Below, piece by piece: positions 59,336-64,000 of a stretch of 64,000 nt of DNA; positions within the stretch are counted from its first letter, which is position 1, and each line of letters begins with the position of its first letter. Source of the DNA: an uncultured virus (IMG/VR IMGVR_UViG_2061766007_000736). Taxonomy: Duplodnaviria > Heunggongvirae > Uroviricota > Caudoviricetes. The stretch is from IMG/VR virus record IMGVR_UViG_2061766007_000736, one strand, 5' to 3'. The notes under the pieces are model-generated. The model made no database searches, was not told where the DNA came from, and saw only the letters and a list, made by a program, of their open reading frames with translations. The position numbers and the translations under genes are program-made.

Positions 59336-60024
59336 ACATTAGATAGGTTAGATTATTAATACAAATAAAATATTAGAAGAAATAAGAAAAAATCATAAAA
59401 TTTATTATAGAGTAGAATGTATTTTATGTCATAATATTAGATAGGTTAGAGCAGATAATTTAAATCAGACTTGTCGTTCCTGTGCAGCAAAAATTAGAGA
59501 TAAAAAATATTCTAAAGTAAAAAAAGATTTAACAGGTCAACGATTTGGTAATTGGATAGTTATAAATAAAGCCTAGAAAACTAATTATTGGCATTGCAAA
59601 GACATTGAAACCGGAACGGAAAGAGATGTTTTTAGAGGCAATTTAACACAGGGCCTATCTAAAGGAGACGGTTCTGTTTTTTCTTGGGGACAAAGGCAAA
59701 TTATTTATTTACTAAATTAGAATAGTCTTTCATATATAACAGAATGTACTTTTTCAGATTTAAAAACAGATAAAAATGGGACTCCAAGATTTGATTTTGC
59801 TATTATGGACACGCATAATAATGTCTATTGTTTAATAGAATATGATGGAAGACAACATTTTTATTATGATAAAAATTGGAAAATGTCAAAAAAAGATTAT
59901 TAGAGATTACAATATATAGACAATTTAAAAAATTAGTATTGTAAAATCCATAATATAAAGTTATATAGATTTAATAAAAATTCTATTTTATAGGAATAGA
60001 TTAATCAAATTGCACAAGAATTTT
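59319..60024 (+). CDS. Putative homing endonuclease, Vsr/DUF559-like (9 TAG; absent from ORF track; ends in gap)
   Basis: GTG start after AGGAG. CILC/CRSC, DLTGQRFG, RFDFAI..LIEYDGRQH..KN*YCK. Confidence 0.75.
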
Positions 60025-60040
60025 NNNNNNNNNNNNNNTA

Positions 60041-60913
60041 ATGAAATTTGAACATACTTAGGTATTTAATTTTTAGGGAGCTTTTAGAGGACTTAGAAAT
60101 CCCAAAAATAGTTGGAATAAAAGCGACAGCTTTTTTGGAATTATACCTATTGATTCTTATGATTACGAATCTGATGTAGCAGATAAATGGATCGGTTTTT
60201 CACATCCATAGTTAAAATGGCCTCAAGAATATACTGAAGAAGGATATAATCTTGAAGAACAGTATTGTGAAAAATTAATTAAAGATGGTGTATTAAGATT
60301 AAATGATAATGATGAAATGGCAGAGGTTGCTTTTATTGGTCCTAATGATATGAAATTAGCACAAACCTTAATTAAAGGCGGCCCTGAACATCGTAAGTTT
60401 TTACGACAGATTTTTGTTTCTGTTGACATTACCGCGCCGCTTTATTGGTGGAAATAGATGGACACTTATAAAGTAGGAACAGTTGCCAACAGTACATCAA
60501 CAATGCACAAATTGGCAAGTAAGCCAATCACTCTTGATTGTTTTGAAACAGATGATTTTAATTAGGATTTAGTATATTACGAAATTCCAGGTGCGGCAAA
60601 TGAAGTTGGTATGTTTGCAGACTTTATGATTGAACAACTTGAATTTCTTCGCCAGAAATATCTTGAAACAAAAGATAAAAGATATTGGAAAGAACTTGTG
60701 CGATGGCTGCCTTGTGGATGGCTCCAGACGAGAACTTGGACAGCTAATTACGAGACTATCCGCGCTATTTGTCACCAACGCCGCGACCATAAATTAAATG
60801 AATGGAGTGGTAAAGATGATTCGTCTAAGGATACTTTTATCGCGTGGGCGCGTACATTACCATATGCTCAATATTTAATTTTTGATGATTAGAATGTTCC
60901 TTTTCAAATTGAA
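60041..60913 (+). CDS. ThyX-like (thymidylate synthase complementing) phage protein (TAG read-through)
   Basis: RGLRNPKNSW, GPEHRKFLRQI, TAPLYWWK*MDTYKVGT..STSTMHK, LPCGWLQTRT, QRRDHKLNEW. End is at TAG 60890 or in the gap. Confidence 0.75.
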
Positions 60914-61219
60914 NNNNNNNNNNNNNNNNNNNNNNNNNNNNNNNNNNNNNNNNNNNNNNNNNNNNNNNNNNNNNNNNNNNNNNNNNNNNNNNNNNNNNNN
61001 NNNNNNNNNNNNNNNNNNNNNNNNNNNNNNNNNNNNNNNNNNNNNNNNNNNNNNNNNNNNNNNNNNNNNNNNNNNNNNNNNNNNNNNNNNNNNNNNNNNN
61101 NNNNNNNNNNNNNNNNNNNNNNNNNNNNNNNNNNNNNNNNNNNNNNNNNNNNNNNNNNNNNNNNNNNNNNNNNNNNNNNNNNNNNNNNNNNNNNNNNNNN
61201 NNNNNNNNNNNNNCAAGAA

Positions 61220-61594
61220 ATGACTAAAAGAGAAGCATTTATTCAAATTGTAGATGATTTTTTTGAAAAAGCGATTTTAACAGGTGTAGATGATAAATAT
61301 GATTTAAATGCTGCGCTGGATTTTTTTAATGACTTTAAAAATGGTAAAACAAAAAATTCTGGAGCTATGACTGAAAATGGTCAGAAAATTCTTATTTGGA
61401 TGCAGGAAAATGTAGATTCAATGAATAACATTTTCACATCTAGGGAGGCGGCAGAGGCACTCTTTACCAGCGGCCGCTCCATCGCAGGTTCTATGAGAAA
61501 ACTTGTTAATGATGGTTATGTAGATAAAATTGGTAAAGACCCTGTCCAGTATTCACTGACAGATGCTGGTAAAAACTACCAGTTTGACAATTAA
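61220..61594 (+). CDS. Winged-helix DNA-binding protein
   Basis: FTSREAAEALFTSGRSIAGSMRKLVNDGYV...YSLT. Confidence 0.75.
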   Translation: MTKREAFIQIVDDFFEKAILTGVDDKYDLNAALDFFNDFKNGKTKNSGAMTENGQKILIWMQENVDSMNNIFTSREAAEALFTSGRSIAGSMRKLVNDGYVDKIGKDPVQYSLTDAGKNYQFDN

Positions 61595-61612
61595 AAAAAT
61601 TTTTGATATAAT
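61584..61612 (+). promoter_or_regulatory. Sigma70/SigA consensus promoter
   Basis: TTGACA-17bp-TATAAT with extended TG. Confidence 0.85.
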
Positions 61613-61650
61613 ATAAGAGTAAAAGTTAGTTGATTAACGAGGAGAAAAAA

Positions 61651-62637
61651 ATGAAAACAAATGCAAATTTTATTAATACAGAAAAGATTGAAGGATATGT
61701 TTATAGCACAGGCAGTAATTTTAATCAGCTTTCTGAAAGAGTTTCTGGAGCGAATTCTAAAAATCCAGGTACGCCATATATCGCGGGAGACCTTGATATT
61801 GCCGTAGATGAAGCAGGTTTAAATGTAATTACCGTTCATTACACTTATGTAACAAAAACCTATAAAAATGGACAGGTTAATAACACTTATGTTGCTCTGA
61901 AAAGAATTATTGATAATCCCGATAAGACTTGGTTAAATGGTGGAAAAGAAAATGCGTTTAAGGTTCAGTGCACCGGAGTTTCTATTGCTCTTAACGATTT
62001 CATCGCTGGTGATGGTTCCAAGGTTGCAGCAATTAGAAATGAAAACGGATTTTGTTCTATTGTGAATGAACTCGGTCCTGAAGAAAAAAGAAATACCTTT
62101 ACAGCAGATATGTTAATTACAAGAGTAACTCATATTGATGCAGACGCAAATAAAAATAATACAAAAGATTTTACTGCTGTTGGTGGTATTATCTTTGGAT
62201 ATGGTCCAATTATTCTTCCTATTGCCTTCGTTGTTCATAACGAAATGGGAATGAATTATTTTGAAAATCTTGATATTACCCCTTCAAATCCTATTTTTAC
62301 AAAAGTTTGGGGACGTATTAATTGCATGACTGTTAAGACTGAGAGAGTTGAAGAATCTGCTTTTGGTGAAGCTGCAGTTCAGACTTATGAGAGAAAGAGT
62401 CGTGAATATGTTATTACTGGAACAGCAAAAGTTCCTTATGATTTTGGTGACGAACAGGTTCTTACACTTGCGGATGTTAATAAGATGAGTCAGGATCGTC
62501 AGACTATGTTAGCAGAAATTGAGAAAAGATATAACGAACGTCAGGCTAATAAAGCTGATGGAGTTAATTTTGATGTGGCTGGCGTAACTAAGCCCGCTCA
62601 GCAGGCGCCGGTTTCTATCGGAGATTTTAAATTTTAA
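61651..62637 (+). CDS. Putative single-stranded DNA-binding protein
   Basis: AGGAG RBS before ATG 61651. Beta-rich two-OB-like body, flexible tail ending in DFKF, adjacent to the Sak4-like ATPase. Confidence 0.55.
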   Translation: MKTNANFINTEKIEGYVYSTGSNFNQLSERVSGANSKNPGTPYIAGDLDIAVDEAGLNVITVHYTYVTKTYKNGQVNNTYVALKRIIDNPDKTWLNGGKENAFKVQCTGVSIALNDFIAGDGSKVAAIRNENGFCSIVNELGPEEKRNTFTADMLITRVTHIDADANKNNTKDFTAVGGIIFGYGPIILPIAFVVHNEMGMNYFENLDITPSNPIFTKVWGRINCMTVKTERVEESAFGEAAVQTYERKSREYVITGTAKVPYDFGDEQVLTLADVNKMSQDRQTMLAEIEKRYNERQANKADGVNFDVAGVTKPAQQAPVSIGDFKF

Positions 62638-62639
62638 TA

Positions 62640-62664
62640 AAAAGGGGATTTAATCCCCTTTCTT
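62640..62664 (+). terminator. Intrinsic terminator
   Basis: AAAGGGGAT-TTA-ATCCCCTTT-CTT. Confidence 0.7.
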
Positions 62665-62682
62665 ATTATAGAAAGGATAATT

Positions 62683-64000
62683 ATGGCAAATATTGATATT
62701 CTTAGTATTTAGCCTCATCAAGTCAGTAGAGATTTAAGAGGATATTCTATCTTTTTCTATGGTGAGAGAGTTTAATGGTTGGCTCACCCTATATAGTAAT
62801 ATATAGTAAAAAATTCTTAGAAAAATAGGGGACGGCTGAGATGCTTGCCCTAGCGGAAGTTATTAAGTAATATTAATAACACGCACAACGCATTGGTATG
62901 AAACTAATTTTAAGGGAGATTGCTCAAAAATGAACAACCAAGAAATAATAAAGGCTTATGAAGATGGCGCTTCTTTAGCTTCATTAAGCAGACAAACAGG
63001 TTTATCTACTTATAAAATTAAAAAAATATTACAAAATAATTCAGTTAAAATTAGAACTCGTTTTGAACAGACTATTTTTACAAATATGTCAAGAGGAAAA
63101 CAGATTAATCATAATTATTTTGATGAATTAAATAATGAAAAAGTATACTATTTAGGTTTTCTTGCGGCAGATGGATGCGTAAGACCAAATAGAAATGAAA
63201 TTAAAATAGGATTATCTGCAATAGACCGAGAATGGCTTGAAGAATTTAAATTAAAATTAAATTCAGAACGAGAAATCGAAGACTATATTACTGGTAAAGG
63301 ATTTGCTGTTAGTGAATTAAAATTTTCATCATTAAAAATAAAAACTGAATTAGCTAAATACAGTATTATTCCTAATAAAACTTATTTAGGAATTACAATG
63401 AAAGCTATTCCAGATAAATATAAATTAGCTTTTATTAAAGGATATTTTGATGGTGATGGTTGTTTTGTTTTTAATAAAAACACAAAACAGTGTTCTTNNN
63501 NNNNNNNNNNATTTTAGAAGAAATATCTTATTTTTTTAGAGCTGGTAATATTTATTCACATGGGAAAAATTTTGAATTAGATTTTTCAACTAACCCAACA
63601 TTAAAAATAATGGAATTATTTTATAATTTANNNNNNNNNNNNNNNNNNNNNNNNNNNNNNNNNNNNNNNNNNNNNNNNNNNNNNNNGGACGCCTCAAAAG
63701 AGGATGAAAGTTTATGCTGAACTTATACGAATATGAAGTATAAGAATTATAAGATAAAAAACTTATAAGATAACAAAATGCCAAAAAGCGGTAAAACAAC
63801 AACTGCTTCAAAATTTTAGAATAATTTGCTTCTGGCTTTTGAAAAAGGTTACAATGCTATTCCAGGGGTTATGGCTCAACCCATTAATAACTGGGCTGAA
63901 TTTAGAAAAGTTCTTAGACAATTAAAAGACCCAAAGGCAAAAGAAAGATTTTATACTATTACAATAGACACATGTGATATTGCATATGATTATTGCACAA
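62683..64000 (+). CDS. Sak4-like/AAA_24 ATPase; exons 62683-62766 and 63781->64000
   Basis: Joining the exons restores Walker A FFYGE|PKSGKTT, followed by LLLAFEKGY and Walker B TITIDT. Two TAGs. Runs off the window. Confidence 0.85.
62767..63780 (+). mobile_element. Group I intron
   Basis: Interrupts Walker A and ends in G. Internal guide TTGGCTCACC (62779-62788) is the exact reverse complement of the spliced junction GGTGAG|CCAA. GTAA-loop hairpin 62789-62806, P7-like GCAT/ATGC pair (~62890/~63714), two 3' hairpins. Confidence 0.85.
62930..63720 (+). CDS. Intron-encoded LAGLIDADG homing endonuclease
   Basis: Two motifs, YYLGFLAADG and AFIKGYFDGDG, with an N-terminal HTH. Two gaps near the 3' end. 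Confidence 0.85.

Noticed and set aside
17301..61246. ORFs made mostly of X (17301, 39226, 43280, 48090, 54452, 60875)
   Set aside because: Artefacts of N gaps.
858..63690. Apparent frameshifts within genes (e.g. 522/895, flotillin, RNA ligase, tape measure, LAGLIDADG)
   Set aside because: Each frame change coincides with an N gap of estimated length, so it is not evidence of programmed frameshifting.
22..64000. In-frame stops as pseudogenisation or G->T sequencing damage
   Set aside because: In the frames I read, the interruptions are only TAG, never TAA (which GAA->TAA damage would give more often) or TGA. Frames stay intact for thousands of bases in essential genes.
22..64000. Standard code-15 reading (TAG=Gln)
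   Set aside because: Not excluded, but disfavoured. The informative internal alignments put Glu or Asp opposite TAG, and I found no TAG at a clearly conserved Gln position.
1..64000. Suppressor tRNA or CRISPR array
   Set aside because: No cloverleaf or regularly spaced repeat-spacer pattern recognised in the sequenced intergenic regions. They could lie in gaps or outside the window.

Overview
An AT-rich segment of a large tailed-phage genome (scaffold with many N gaps). The lysis genes suggest a Gram-positive (Firmicutes/Clostridia-type) host, which is an inference. The supplied ORF track is fragmented because TAG is a sense codon here. Reading through TAG joins the fragments into long genes that start after good RBSs and end in TAA/TGA. 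Repeats inside the window and recalled family motifs indicate that TAG stands for glutamate, not the glutamine described for recoded phages (code 15). Contents in order: baseplate/tail genes (1-8.7 kb, +); a mosaic array of modular, probably virion-associated carbohydrate-enzyme/adhesin genes bounded by repeated TAAA-N6-TTTA sites (8.9-21.9 kb, -); a conserved six-gene cluster of unknown function; a RuvC-like resolvase; a 1,531-aa tail protein and a ~2,830-aa tape measure protein (-). On the + strand follow flotillin, an RNA repair set (ligase, kinase, phosphoesterase), a holin and two lysins, GyrB/GyrA-like topoisomerase, a split NAD-dependent DNA ligase, several homing-type endonucleases, a ThyX-like protein, an SSB-like protein, and a Sak4-like ATPase interrupted by a group I intron carrying a LAGLIDADG gene. 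I recognised no tRNA, rRNA or CRISPR array. Family assignments come from motif recognition only; no database search was run.
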